Below, one piece after another: positions 48,828-58,385 of a stretch of DNA of 64,000 bases (positions within the stretch are counted from its first letter, which is position 1; every line of letters begins with the position of its first letter). The position numbers and the translations under genes are program-made. Under the pieces are notes generated by a model. It was given only the letters and a program-made list of their open reading frames with translations, was not told the origin of the DNA and ran no database searches. The stretch is from an uncultured virus (IMG/VR IMGVR_UViG_3300045999_004337) (taxonomy: Duplodnaviria; Heunggongvirae; Uroviricota; Caudoviricetes): IMG/VR virus record IMGVR_UViG_3300045999_004337; one strand, 5' to 3'.

Positions 48828-49880
48828 CTATGAAGAGATGGACTCGACATAAACCTCGCGGAGAAGGCTTTTCAGGTCGGCAGCATCATCCATCTTGAGT
48901 TCGTCTATGTACCCGTCTATGAGTTCCATCGTGCTTCTGGACAGGTCTTTCTCGGTGATCGCGACATCCTGATCGGTATCATCGTCTGAGGAGTTCTCCA
49001 CGATCTGTAGGTCATGGATGCCAGCCTCGAACAACTTGTCGCAGAACATGTCGAACTTGCCCTGGTTCTTCTTGGATGTCACCACAAGACGGACATAGCA
49101 GTTTCTGTATTTTGAGAAGTTGAAGTTCCCGTGTCCCAAGGTGTCCATGGATGTGTCGTATGAGACCCTGCGGTAGAGCCTGACGGGATTCTCGACGAAC
49201 TCAAGGGAACCCGTCTCCGTGTCCAGCACATGGAATCCCTTGACCTCGTCCACCTCGGAGAACATCATCTGATACGGAGTGCCTAGGTATTCGACATTGC
49301 CGCTCTTCTGCTTGCAGTGGAAGTGACCCGAATAGACCTTCTTGAACCTGTGGAGGTCGGAGGCATCCATCCCCCCTTCGTGCCTGATGCCACGGATGAC
49401 CTCGTATCCGTTCAGTTCAAAGTGTCCGAAGAGGACATCGGCATTGCTGCTCTGTAGGTACTGACCCACCTCCTCCGCATTCTCCTTCGTGATCCACGGG
49501 ACGAACCCGCAGACCATTCCGCCGATGACCACATCCTTGGGATGCTCATGGATGATGAAGTCCTCCCCGAACACCTCTACGAGCGAGTTGACTGAGTTGG
49601 TGTTCTTCCAGTAGCAGTCGTGGTTGCCGATGACGCAGTGCATGGTCACTCCGTTGTCGGAGAACCACTTGGTGAACCTCGTCCTCACCTTCGACATGGT
49701 GTTGATGTTGACATACTTCCTGCGGTCGAGCAGGTCGCCCATGTTGATGACCGTGTCGATCCCGTGCTGCTTCAGGTATGGGAAGAACACGGTCTCGAAG
49801 AAGGACAGATAGGCATCAAGAAAGACAGGATTGTCGTTCTTGTTGCCAAGGTGAAGGTCTGTGATGATGGCAATCTTCAT
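48828..49880 (-). CDS. 47: Recombination nuclease gp47 (Mre11-like)
   Basis: TDLHLG, GDLLD, GNHD, GHFE, SGHFH. Confidence 0.96.
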   Translation of the reverse strand: MKIAIITDLHLGNKNDNPVFLDAYLSFFETVFFPYLKQHGIDTVINMGDLLDRRKYVNINTMSKVRTRFTKWFSDNGVTMHCVIGNHDCYWKNTNSVNSLVEVFGEDFIIHEHPKDVVIGGMVCGFVPWITKENAEEVGQYLQSSNADVLFGHFELNGYEVIRGIRHEGGMDASDLHRFKKVYSGHFHCKQKSGNVEYLGTPYQMMFSEVDEVKGFHVLDTETGSLEFVENPVRLYRRVSYDTSMDTLGHGNFNFSKYRNCYVRLVVTSKKNQGKFDMFCDKLFEAGIHDLQIVENSSDDDTDQDVAITEKDLSRSTMELIDGYIDELKMDDAADLKSLLREVYVESISS

Positions 49881-50455
49881 TTCTCGCCCTTTGGCTTCCT
49901 GCTCTTGATCGGCTTCATCGTGGACGGGTTGGTGGAAGCCTTCTTCCTTCTCCCCTCGAAGTTGTCCAGATCCGTATCGGAAAGCGAGAGGGAGCGAAAG
50001 AACTCGTCCACCTTGTTGTGGTCGTTGAATGCCTGACTGAGCCACTTGGGGATCTTCCCATGCACATGAGCCATCTCTATGCTCTTGAACTTGATGTAGT
50101 TCTGCTTCTTTTCCTTCTGTATCCTGCGCACGAAGGCATAGTAGATGATCTGCGTGAAGTAGGCAAAGGGATTCTTGGACTTCTTGGGGTCGAAGTTCGC
50201 GGCATACATGAGGCAGTTCTCTATCCCATCCCCTATCATCTCGTCCCTGTACCGCGCATGGGACAGGAAGTTCGGTCTGTAGGAAAGCCTCTCCGCGATT
50301 GATATGAAGCATTGACCGATGTATTCGGTCACGGGTGGAGGAGGAAGACCTTCCTTCTTAGCCTTCCTGATGTCCTTCTTCCACTTCACCATCTCGTCGT
50401 AGAAGACCTTGTTGTCTATGTAATGTCCGCTCTTGTCGGTTTCTTCCATTCGCAT
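49877..50455 (-). CDS. 55: Late sigma factor gp55
   Basis: HYIDNK.F, IAERLS.RPNF, NPFAYFTQI.YYAF.RRI.KEK; promoter TTGCTT-16-TAAGAT at 50477-50504. Confidence 0.96.
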   Translation of the reverse strand: MRMEETDKSGHYIDNKVFYDEMVKWKKDIRKAKKEGLPPPPVTEYIGQCFISIAERLSYRPNFLSHARYRDEMIGDGIENCLMYAANFDPKKSKNPFAYFTQIIYYAFVRRIQKEKKQNYIKFKSIEMAHVHGKIPKWLSQAFNDHNKVDEFFRSLSLSDTDLDNFEGRRKKASTNPSTMKPIKSRKPKGEK

Positions 50456-50624
50456 CGTCTCCTTGCTTTCGCGATGATCTTACACCATGATCGGCTGAAA
50501 GCAAGAGGTAACTTTACATTCTTCATGCCGGTGTTTGATTCTGATGTCAATGCCCTTGACAGCCGGAAACGAGGATGGTAACTTGAGTGTGTCATGTTTC
50601 ATCAAGAAGTGTTCCTATAGTGTC

Positions 50625-51389
50625 TTAGAGATAGTCACTTGGATTGGAACTCCAGTCACGGTAACTGTTTCCATAGGGTTCGTCGCCCTTCTCCCTGATG
50701 TCTACATCGTTCTCTCGGATTTGACTTGAAGCCTTCCTTGATTCGCCTTCGTCGTCGTCGAAGTCGTCTTCCTTGGAATCGTCTCCGTTCTCGTTCATGA
50801 ACGAACCAGCCATGAGGAAGTCCTCGATCAGACCTTCCTCCATCATCTGCTTGAACAACTTGGGAGGGAACATGAAGTTGACGATGACCATCTCCTTGTC
50901 TCCCTTGCCCGCCTGGAAGTTCTCCATAGGCTCGACCATGGGAGGAAAGAATCCAGGCATGGAGCCAGTCGTTCCTGCCATCTCAAGAAGAAGCCTGCTC
51001 ATCTCGTCCTCTATCTCCTTGAGGGGATTGGACGGTCGGCTGTCCTCGGCGTGTTCGACGGGTGGGGGTGCTTCTGCTTGTGGCTTTGGTTGCGTGGACG
51101 GGATGTCCTCCTTCACCATCTGCTTCTCGTAGACATCGATGACATCCTGCGAAGGAGACATCTTGAGACCGACCCAGTTGTTGGGGATGGTCACTTCGTT
51201 GGTGTCCGTCCTTCCGATCCAGTTCTCCATGACAGTCGCTGCCTTGAGAGATCCAGTGAAGGGATCCACGAAGGGGATCTGCCGTATCTGCATCGGTCTG
51301 AAGACCTTCATGCCGTTGCGGTTCCTGGACATAATGCTGGCGACTATCTCCTCGCCAGACCGCAACTTGAGCAGTATGTATTCCTTCAT
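50625..51389 (-). CDS. Conserved hypothetical protein downstream of uvsW
   Basis: LKLRSGEEIVA N-terminus; acidic tail; ATGA-type overlap. Confidence 0.75.
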   Translation of the reverse strand: MKEYILLKLRSGEEIVASIMSRNRNGMKVFRPMQIRQIPFVDPFTGSLKAATVMENWIGRTDTNEVTIPNNWVGLKMSPSQDVIDVYEKQMVKEDIPSTQPKPQAEAPPPVEHAEDSRPSNPLKEIEDEMSRLLLEMAGTTGSMPGFFPPMVEPMENFQAGKGDKEMVIVNFMFPPKLFKQMMEEGLIEDFLMAGSFMNENGDDSKEDDFDDDEGESRKASSQIRENDVDIREKGDEPYGNSYRDWSSNPSDYL

Positions 51390-52876
51390 GGGAGATTCTC
51401 CGTTCTTATTAGCACGGGTCTGAAGTCGAACTTCTCCGACCTGTATATCTTCATTCGTTCCGCGAAGTGCCGAAGCGTGTGGTTCTTTCTCGATTTCCAT
51501 GACAGATCATCTCCAATATCGTATAGCCTGGCTAGTTCCTTGTGTTCCGACACCCTGAGTTGCCTTCCAATCGACTGAAGCACCCTGATGCGGGACTTGG
51601 TCGGAGAGGCAAAGACGATGTTGTGCAGCCTCTTTATTGAGATTCCTGTGCTGAAAGTCCCGTATGACGCGACCACGATGCACGAATCGTTCTTCTCCAG
51701 TATCGTCCTGACATTCTCGCGATCCTCTGCCTCCGTTCCTCCATGGACGAAGAACACCTTTCGGTCACCGTCCTTGGAGAGCATGTCGAAGAGAACCTTT
51801 CCATGCTTCTCCACATACTGAAAGAGCACCAGCGTGTTTCCCTTCAGCCTGTTCGACAGATCGACTATGAACCTGTTCCTCTTTGGATTGGCGATCAGCC
51901 ACAGCATCTCGTCACTATAGGTATGCTTCGACATCAACCGTCGTTCCTCGTCGGGATACTGAAGCAATATGGTGTCGATCCTGAGACGGGACAGGATGCT
52001 CTCGTCTATGAGTTTCTTGGTCGATGTCACATGATAGGATGGTCCGAACAGACCTTCGATGATCAACTTGTGGCATTGCATGCCGTCAAGCGTTCCCGTG
52101 GTTCCTATCCTGTGCTGGCACTCGACCATCTTCTCCATGATGCCTGACAGGGACTTTGCCTTGAACATGTGGCATTCGTCGCCAAACACGATGTCGAACT
52201 GCTCGAAGTACGACCTAGGCTCCTTGAAGATGGACTGCCATGTCGTGATGACCACCCTCTTGTTCGTCTCCTTCTCCTGCCCTGCATAGATGGAATGGCA
52301 GTTCTTTCCCACCTTCCATCCCGTTCCCTCCGCATACTTCTCGAAGTCCGATGCCATCTGCGTCACCAGACCTATGGTGGGAACCACGATGAGTGCCTTC
52401 CCCTCGACATGCTCGAGGAGATGGCGCAGCAACAGGTAGATGATGAGGGACTTTCCGCTTCCCGTTGGGGATACGAGAAGGACTCTTCCCGCATTGGTTG
52501 CCTTGACCACGGCATCCCTCTGATGGTCGTGCAGGGAGGGGATACCTGAAGCCTTGCCCACGCATCGGTCGAACAGGGCATCCACCTCTTCCGGAGCCAA
52601 GGGGAACTTTGTCTCGGGGGTCAGGCTGCTCTCTATGCGGTAGCCGCGATCTGCTGCGAACTTGGTCACATAGTTTTTCAGACCCCTGTAGATCGTAGCC
52701 TTGCCGATGTTGTATAGATGGATGTCGCCGTTCCAACGCGACTTGCGGAATCTATTGATGAACTTGTGGTTGGGAACCTTGAAGGAGAAGCAGTCGCTCA
52801 GTTCCTTGGCGATGCCTCGTTCGCAACGGACGCGAATGAACACCGAGTTTACATCTTCAAGAACCAATGTATCCAT
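51386..52876 (-). CDS. uvsW: SF2 helicase UvsW
   Basis: SPTGSGKS, DECH, TGT, QSIGRQLR. Confidence 0.96.
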   Translation of the reverse strand: MDTLVLEDVNSVFIRVRCERGIAKELSDCFSFKVPNHKFINRFRKSRWNGDIHLYNIGKATIYRGLKNYVTKFAADRGYRIESSLTPETKFPLAPEEVDALFDRCVGKASGIPSLHDHQRDAVVKATNAGRVLLVSPTGSGKSLIIYLLLRHLLEHVEGKALIVVPTIGLVTQMASDFEKYAEGTGWKVGKNCHSIYAGQEKETNKRVVITTWQSIFKEPRSYFEQFDIVFGDECHMFKAKSLSGIMEKMVECQHRIGTTGTLDGMQCHKLIIEGLFGPSYHVTSTKKLIDESILSRLRIDTILLQYPDEERRLMSKHTYSDEMLWLIANPKRNRFIVDLSNRLKGNTLVLFQYVEKHGKVLFDMLSKDGDRKVFFVHGGTEAEDRENVRTILEKNDSCIVVASYGTFSTGISIKRLHNIVFASPTKSRIRVLQSIGRQLRVSEHKELARLYDIGDDLSWKSRKNHTLRHFAERMKIYRSEKFDFRPVLIRTENLP

Positions 52877-52890
52877 GCCAGTATGTATGA

Positions 52891-53397
52891 CTATGGATCG
52901 ATCTTTACTCCGTTGAATGATATGGTAAACTCACCCTCGTTCAGAACCTTCCCCTCGAACATCAGGACTTCGACTCCAGACACCTCAAGGATGTCGATGC
53001 CAAGTCGGCACTTCTCCTGCCATCTTTCGGGAACCATATCCCATATGGTCTTGTGACCAACGACCGACTTTATGCCAGCCATGACGATGGCTCTGGCGCA
53101 GTCGGGACAGGCTATGAAGGGGCAATACATCGTCGTGTTGAGGGTGGTCAGACCCTTGAACGCGCATCGGTATATGACTGCCCTCTCAGCGTGTTCGATG
53201 TAGTCGTACTTGGTCTTTCCCTCAGGCTCACGCATCGACGGGTAGCGGTTAGCCTCTGCGGCAATGATGCCTGAGGAGGGGAATACTATCAGGGCTGCGT
53301 TCTGAGTCCTGCTGTCCTGACTCCTTGCCTGTGCATGGATGTAGGCTTGCCTCAGGTAGACCCTGTGTATTCCGTCAGTCGTTGTCTTCATGGTCAT
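52891..53397 (-). CDS. cd: dCMP deaminase
   Basis: HAE and CPDC zinc motifs; S.D..TQ..A. Confidence 0.88.
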   Translation of the reverse strand: MTMKTTTDGIHRVYLRQAYIHAQARSQDSRTQNAALIVFPSSGIIAAEANRYPSMREPEGKTKYDYIEHAERAVIYRCAFKGLTTLNTTMYCPFIACPDCARAIVMAGIKSVVGHKTIWDMVPERWQEKCRLGIDILEVSGVEVLMFEGKVLNEGEFTISFNGVKIDP

Positions 53398-53828
53398 GCT
53401 CCGCTCATGAACTTCTTCCACTCTATGGCTGACTTGATGTCCCATCCGCGCCGTCCAAGCCCCTGTAGCACCGACTCCAGGTACTTGACCTTCTCCTTCT
53501 GGTAGTGGATCCTAGCCTCCATGCGGAGGAGATCCTTGTCGGAATCAAGGTAGATGTCTATGTCGTTGCGCAGGATCTTCAGACCGAAGGGTTGCCATCC
53601 CTTCTCGTCCAGGGTCTCCTGATCCAGTTTGCCCAGGTAGTATTCCCACTTGAGCCTCCTCAGTTCCTTTATCTCCATCATGCTCTTGTGGAGGGACAGG
53701 GACTCCTCGTGGAGGATGTTCAGGTACTTGCCGTGGAGTTGGGGAGTCTTGAGCGACTCAAGGTCGAGATTGACATCGTCGATCTGCATGTCCTTCTCGA
53801 CCATCTTCTTGATTGTTTCGATGTCCAT
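53394..53828 (-). CDS. uvsY: Recombination mediator UvsY
   Basis: LDLESLK.P.LH.KY, WEYY.GK, IKSAIEWKKF; promoter TTGATT-16-TATACT at 53835-53862. Confidence 0.93.
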   Translation of the reverse strand: MDIETIKKMVEKDMQIDDVNLDLESLKTPQLHGKYLNILHEESLSLHKSMMEIKELRRLKWEYYLGKLDQETLDEKGWQPFGLKILRNDIDIYLDSDKDLLRMEARIHYQKEKVKYLESVLQGLGRRGWDIKSAIEWKKFMSGA

Positions 53829-53858
53829 GTCGGGAGTATATCACGGAACCAGACGGAA

Positions 53859-54413
53859 TCAAGAGATTCCCTCAAGGGAAAACGATTCATACGCGAAGGA
53901 AGCGGAAATCGTCACGGGGTTCGTGTCCACCAGCATCGTGTTCAGGTCGAAACCTTCCAATGAGACGGGGAACAACTTATGGAACACGAATCTTATGTTC
54001 GGCTGCTTTGCTGAGTTCAGGCAATGGATGGTGGCATCCGAGTAGTAGTTTGCATCGTTTCGCAGGACTTCATAGAAGTCCTCGAAGGGAACCACCTGAC
54101 GCATCCATGTGTAGATCTCGTTCCAGTTCGCGAAGTTCTCGTCCAATTGAAACCGCACATTCAGCCTGTCCGCTCGGATGGATGATCCAGGAACATGCAG
54201 TGAGAGGAACTTGTTCCTGACCTCCACCTCTCCGATGCTCAGGGATGGTATGTTCGTGGAGGTGCACCAGAATGTCGTATTGGGAATCCTTGCGAATGTC
54301 AACTTGAAGTGCGTGTCCAGCATCGCATTCTCTGTGTTCGGCATCCTTCCAAGAGGGTTGATGCTTCCACCGATGGCATTCGCTAGATCTGGTTCAAAGG
54401 AGTATTGGCTCAT
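53859..54413 (-). CDS. 3: Tail completion/tube terminator gp3
   Basis: F...RIP...F.C...NIP, F.LDE...NW.EIY.W, FPVSL; located after gp23. Confidence 0.88.
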   Translation of the reverse strand: MSQYSFEPDLANAIGGSINPLGRMPNTENAMLDTHFKLTFARIPNTTFWCTSTNIPSLSIGEVEVRNKFLSLHVPGSSIRADRLNVRFQLDENFANWNEIYTWMRQVVPFEDFYEVLRNDANYYSDATIHCLNSAKQPNIRFVFHKLFPVSLEGFDLNTMLVDTNPVTISASFAYESFSLEGIS

Positions 54414-54429
54414 GCAGTTATGTATGGGT

Positions 54430-54462
54430 AAAAAGAAAGTCGGGGGGATTTCTCCCCCCGAC
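54430..54462 (-). terminator. gp23 terminator
   Basis: GTCGGGGGGA stem with short loop, then a U-rich tract on the minus strand. Confidence 0.9.
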
Positions 54463-54489
54463 CCTTGTTTCTCAGACCTTCAGGTCAGA

Positions 54490-55977
54490 TTACTGACCAG
54501 TCACACCCTGAACGCCGTGGAGGTTGTCCACGCGGAACACGCGGTAGTAGATGTTGTTGCGGTAGTTAGCCGAAACGGTCACATTCTGCGTGTTGTTGAA
54601 GGGATTGACTGCCATGCCGTAGCGGGTCTTGAACCCGATCTTGGGCTGGAAGGTGCTTGGATCGATTGCGCGAACCATCTGGAGCGGGATGTACGGGCAG
54701 TAGAACAGACCCGCATCGTAGGGGCTTCCGCCCTTGTATCCGACGCAGACGAAGTCACGAGCCTGACCAGTGTCGCGGACATCGCCAACGCTGGAGTAGG
54801 GATCGACATAGACCTTGATCTTGCCGTTGAGGACTCCGACGAAGGTGTTGCCTGTGTCGTCAACATCGAGGTTGACATTCAGCGCGGGGCTGATGTTGAG
54901 GAATCCACCCATTGCGAGAGCCGATGCAACATCCGCAGAGCAGATGATGAAGTTGCCCTTGCCACGGCGAGTCTGCTTCGCGATGGTGTTTGCCTCGCGC
55001 TCAATCTGGAACATGAGACCACGGAACTTCTCAGCCGACCAACGACCGTCCGAGTCGCGGATGAGGTCGTAGACACCGCCAGGCGATGCAACGCCGATGG
55101 TGACACCTGCGCCACCGAGACCAGTGACGAAGTTGTAGGTCACGCCAGCGGCGCGGTAGAAGAGATCCGAATGCTGCGCACCGAGTCTGGCTGTCGAGTA
55201 GATCGAACGCACGACTTCGCGGTTGATCTCAGCGAGGATTTCCGTGCTGAGGATGTTCGCGAGTTCCGTCTCAGCGTCAAGACCGTGGATAGCCTTGAGA
55301 TCCTGAGCGAGTTCGATTGTGTACTCTGCCTTGAGCGCACGGGTGTTAGCCGTGACGGTCGAGCGGTCGATGGTGAATGCCATCGTGTTGAAGTCGCCGT
55401 TGGCTACTTCACCGAGTCTTTCACCGATTTCGCGTGACATTCCGCTGTAGGCTTCCCAACCGCTGATGCCCGACACGCCGCTGCCCGTGACACCGACGAT
55501 GCCGTAGAGAGGATCACCGACGAACGTGAATTCGGCGGTCGGACCCTTGTCAGCGACGGCAGTCGAACCCGAGAAGCGGGTGTATGCCTCGCGGTAGAAC
55601 GCTTCTTGAGGCGCATTGGCTCCCTGAGAGAGGGTGCGGTCGTTGTAGGTGGACTTCATCGCGAAGATGAGTCCGTTTGGCGCGGTCATCGGCTGAACCG
55701 ATGCGACATCGTATGCCATGAGGTTAGGCATGGCACGGCGAACGAGCGAGATGAGGATGGGGTCGTAGCCAGCCATTGGTCCGCTGTTAGCGAATCCAAG
55801 ACCACCTGCACCACCTGCATTGTTGACGGCATCCTCGCGGAGTGCCTGTTCCTCGTTTTCAAGCAGGATCGATGTGACTGCCCTGCGGTAGTTGTCCTTG
55901 ATGGGAGAAAGGCTGTCGTGCTCGAGCACGGGCTGCCACTTCTGCTCCAGTTCCTCTACTAGTGAAAATGTACCCAT
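54490..55977 (-). CDS. 23: Major capsid protein gp23
   Basis: LISLVRRAMP, VQPM, RALKAEY..ELAQDLKAIHG, FQPKIGFKTRYG. Confidence 0.98.
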   Translation of the reverse strand: MGTFSLVEELEQKWQPVLEHDSLSPIKDNYRRAVTSILLENEEQALREDAVNNAGGAGGLGFANSGPMAGYDPILISLVRRAMPNLMAYDVASVQPMTAPNGLIFAMKSTYNDRTLSQGANAPQEAFYREAYTRFSGSTAVADKGPTAEFTFVGDPLYGIVGVTGSGVSGISGWEAYSGMSREIGERLGEVANGDFNTMAFTIDRSTVTANTRALKAEYTIELAQDLKAIHGLDAETELANILSTEILAEINREVVRSIYSTARLGAQHSDLFYRAAGVTYNFVTGLGGAGVTIGVASPGGVYDLIRDSDGRWSAEKFRGLMFQIEREANTIAKQTRRGKGNFIICSADVASALAMGGFLNISPALNVNLDVDDTGNTFVGVLNGKIKVYVDPYSSVGDVRDTGQARDFVCVGYKGGSPYDAGLFYCPYIPLQMVRAIDPSTFQPKIGFKTRYGMAVNPFNNTQNVTVSANYRNNIYYRVFRVDNLHGVQGVTGQ

Positions 55978-56017
55978 TTCTGTCTCCTTTTTGTTCGGGA
56001 TCTATGTCCCGTGTTGG

Positions 56018-57286
56018 TTAGCGGTTCTTGAAACCCTTCTTGGAGAGGACGCTTGCGTACTTCTCCATGATGGGATTTGTCTGTGTGGTTTCTTGTTCCT
56101 GAAGGTTCTCTTCTTCGTCACCCGTGTCTAGGACGATCTCCTCGACCAGGTCGGTGCTTGCCGAGACAGGCTTCCTGACTCGACGCGAACCACCGAAGTA
56201 TGATTCCTTGAGTGCCGTGAGTTTCTGCTCGAACAACTCTTCGCTGTCGAACTCGATTCCCTCAGCGAGGGTGCGGAGCCTCTCGACCTGAGTGGAGGCT
56301 AGACCTTCGCAGTGCGACTCAAAGATGTCGTTGCAACGGAGAGCAAGGATCTCCTTGCGGAGTTCGATTGCCTCCGCTGCCCTCTCGTTGATCTCGTTGC
56401 GGAGGACTTCGTTCTCCTCGGACATCTCGGAGACGAGGTCGATCTTCTCCTCTGGAACCTGGACATAGTTCTCAGCGAAGACATCGCGGATGCCACGGAG
56501 GAAGTTCTCCGCGATCTCCGTCTTGATGCCAGCCTCAGCCACAAGTCGGTTCTCCTTGAGCCACTCTTCCGCGATGTACGAGATGTAGTCGTTGACACGC
56601 GAGGAGAGTTCGTCCAGGATCTTGGCTGTGTTCTCCTCGACTGCCGTCTCGTATGCTTCCTCAAGACGGGCTACCATCGAATCATAACGCTCGTTGACAG
56701 CAGCCTCGAAGACTGCCGTAGCCTTGGTCTTGAATTCGTCGGTGAGGTCGGCTCCCTCGAACATGGCAGAGACATGCTCGCTCATGGTGAAGTCCGACTT
56801 GTCGGGGATCTTAGCCTTGCCCTTGAAGGGGAGTTTCGGAACGATGGTCGAGCGGTTCTTGCCGTCGAGTCCGTCCGTGGTCTGCCACTTCTTGATCTTG
56901 CCGCCACCGAAGTCGGTGTCGGTGTCGCTGGTGGAAACGACCTCGTACTCCTCGCTGACATCGTCCTCGAGGTCCGAGTCATCCTCGTCCTCGTCGATGT
57001 AGTCTTCGTCCTCGTCGGAGTCATCGTCCTCGGAGAGTTCTTCCTCGGACTCATCGCCCTCGTCGATGTAGTCTTCGTCCTCGTCGGAGTCATCGTCCTC
57101 GGAGAGTTCTTCCTCGGACTCATCGCCCTCGTCGGACTCGTCGGACTCGTCCTCATCGAACTCCTCTTCCGAGTAGTCCTCGTCCTCAAGTTCCTCTTCG
57201 TCGTCAACTCCCTCCTCATCGGTGGGATCGACTTCGGTGTCCTCAAGGATCTCTTCTTCTTCAAAGAACTCTTCTGGCTTGGGCAT
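56018..57286 (-). CDS. 22: Prohead scaffold gp22
   Basis: EFK.KA..VFEAAV, Y..Y..EEW..EN, LKESYF; very acidic N-terminus. Confidence 0.93.
   Translation of the reverse strand: MPKPEEFFEEEEILEDTEVDPTDEEGVDDEEELEDEDYSEEEFDEDESDESDEGDESEEELSEDDDSDEDEDYIDEGDESEEELSEDDDSDEDEDYIDEDEDDSDLEDDVSEEYEVVSTSDTDTDFGGGKIKKWQTTDGLDGKNRSTIVPKLPFKGKAKIPDKSDFTMSEHVSAMFEGADLTDEFKTKATAVFEAAVNERYDSMVARLEEAYETAVEENTAKILDELSSRVNDYISYIAEEWLKENRLVAEAGIKTEIAENFLRGIRDVFAENYVQVPEEKIDLVSEMSEENEVLRNEINERAAEAIELRKEILALRCNDIFESHCEGLASTQVERLRTLAEGIEFDSEELFEQKLTALKESYFGGSRRVRKPVSASTDLVEEIVLDTGDEEENLQEQETTQTNPIMEKYASVLSKKGFKNR
56990..57133 (-). repeat. Perfect 69-bp tandem duplication
   Basis: EGDESEEELSEDDDSDEDEDYID occurs twice. 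Confidence 0.9.
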
Positions 57287-57323
57287 TTGATTCTCTCCTG
57301 TAATCTTCCCTATGTATCAAAAG

Positions 57324-57971
57324 TCAGAGTTTGGACACAAAGTCCATAAAGACCTGCATTTTAGCCTCGTCCAGTTCCCTGATCGAAGCCTTCTCAATCT
57401 TGTTCTTGTACGAGTCAATGGTCTTCTCGGCAAGGACTCCGTTGTTCCAGACCCATTCCTTGCCTTCCATGATGCCGTTGACGAATGCATTGGGTGCGGA
57501 TGGGTCGGCTACGATGTCAACCGTGGCAAGGGAGAAGTCGTCCTGCACCTCGTTGATGCCGTTGACCTGCTTGAGCGATCCCATTCCACGCGAGGAGACT
57601 CCTAGACGGACTCCCTCGTCGATCAGGTTCTTGACGATGTTGCCGTATGGCGTGTCTAGGACTTTTGCCTTGCCGTAGACCGTCGTCCCGTTCATCTTCA
57701 TCTCCTTGATGATGTGGGAGACGCGGTCTAGGTTCAGGGCTGGTCCCTGTGGATGCCCAAGTTCACCAAGGGAACGGTTCGTCCTGATGTAGTCCTTGTT
57801 GTAGCGGTCAACCTCTCGCTCCATGATGGAGCAGGGATAGACTCGTCCGTTCTTGTTGACCTGCTCGGACTCCATGAAGATGCCACGGATGAAGTAGTTC
57901 TTCTTGCCGTTGCCAGCGTCCTCGACGAGAGTCTGAATGTTCTCTTCCTTGTGTTCCGTGATCAGAAGCAT
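57324..57971 (-). CDS. 21: Prohead protease gp21
   Basis: N.NGRVYP, GELGHP, GVSSRGMGS, DIVADPSAP. Confidence 0.97.
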   Translation of the reverse strand: MLLITEHKEENIQTLVEDAGNGKKNYFIRGIFMESEQVNKNGRVYPCSIMEREVDRYNKDYIRTNRSLGELGHPQGPALNLDRVSHIIKEMKMNGTTVYGKAKVLDTPYGNIVKNLIDEGVRLGVSSRGMGSLKQVNGINEVQDDFSLATVDIVADPSAPNAFVNGIMEGKEWVWNNGVLAEKTIDSYKNKIEKASIRELDEAKMQVFMDFVSKL

Positions 57972-57974
57972 GGA

Positions 57975-58361
57975 TCAGCCCTTCTTGCCCTTGGAGCGCA
58001 GGATCTTGAAGTCATTGGCATCGATCTTGCCGTTCTTGTTGGCATCGATCTTGGACTGATTGCCCTTGAGGCGTTTCCACTCCTTGCCTCCCGCAACAGT
58101 AGCGGCAGATCCCTTCTTGGGAGCATTGGAGGGATGCGGCTTGCTCCAGTCGAATGGCTTTCCGCCACCATAGCGGTTGGCTGACATCTTGCCCTCATTG
58201 ACTGCATCATCCATGCCATTGAACAGGTCGGCTGCGACCTCGCGCTTGACATCGTCGAGACGGTCGGAAATAGCCCGATAGAGAAGGTTTCCCGTGAGTT
58301 CCTTGGCTGAGACGAAGTCTTCGTCCACAATTGCCTTGATGAGGTTGTTTGATGTACCCAT
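57975..58361 (-). CDS. Prohead core protein (gp67-like position) with EF-hand-like motif
   Basis: Between gp20 and gp21; IDANKNGKIDANDF. Confidence 0.7.
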   Translation of the reverse strand: MGTSNNLIKAIVDEDFVSAKELTGNLLYRAISDRLDDVKREVAADLFNGMDDAVNEGKMSANRYGGGKPFDWSKPHPSNAPKKGSAATVAGGKEWKRLKGNQSKIDANKNGKIDANDFKILRSKGKKG

Positions 58362-58385
58362 GCGTATCTCCTTGGATTCAGATAT

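Noticed and set aside
54178..57349. Long plus-strand ORFs opposite gp23 and gp22, and similar ones elsewhere (e.g. 11580-12902, 41455-42405)
   Set aside because: Antisense shadows of codon-biased genes with no recognisable motifs.
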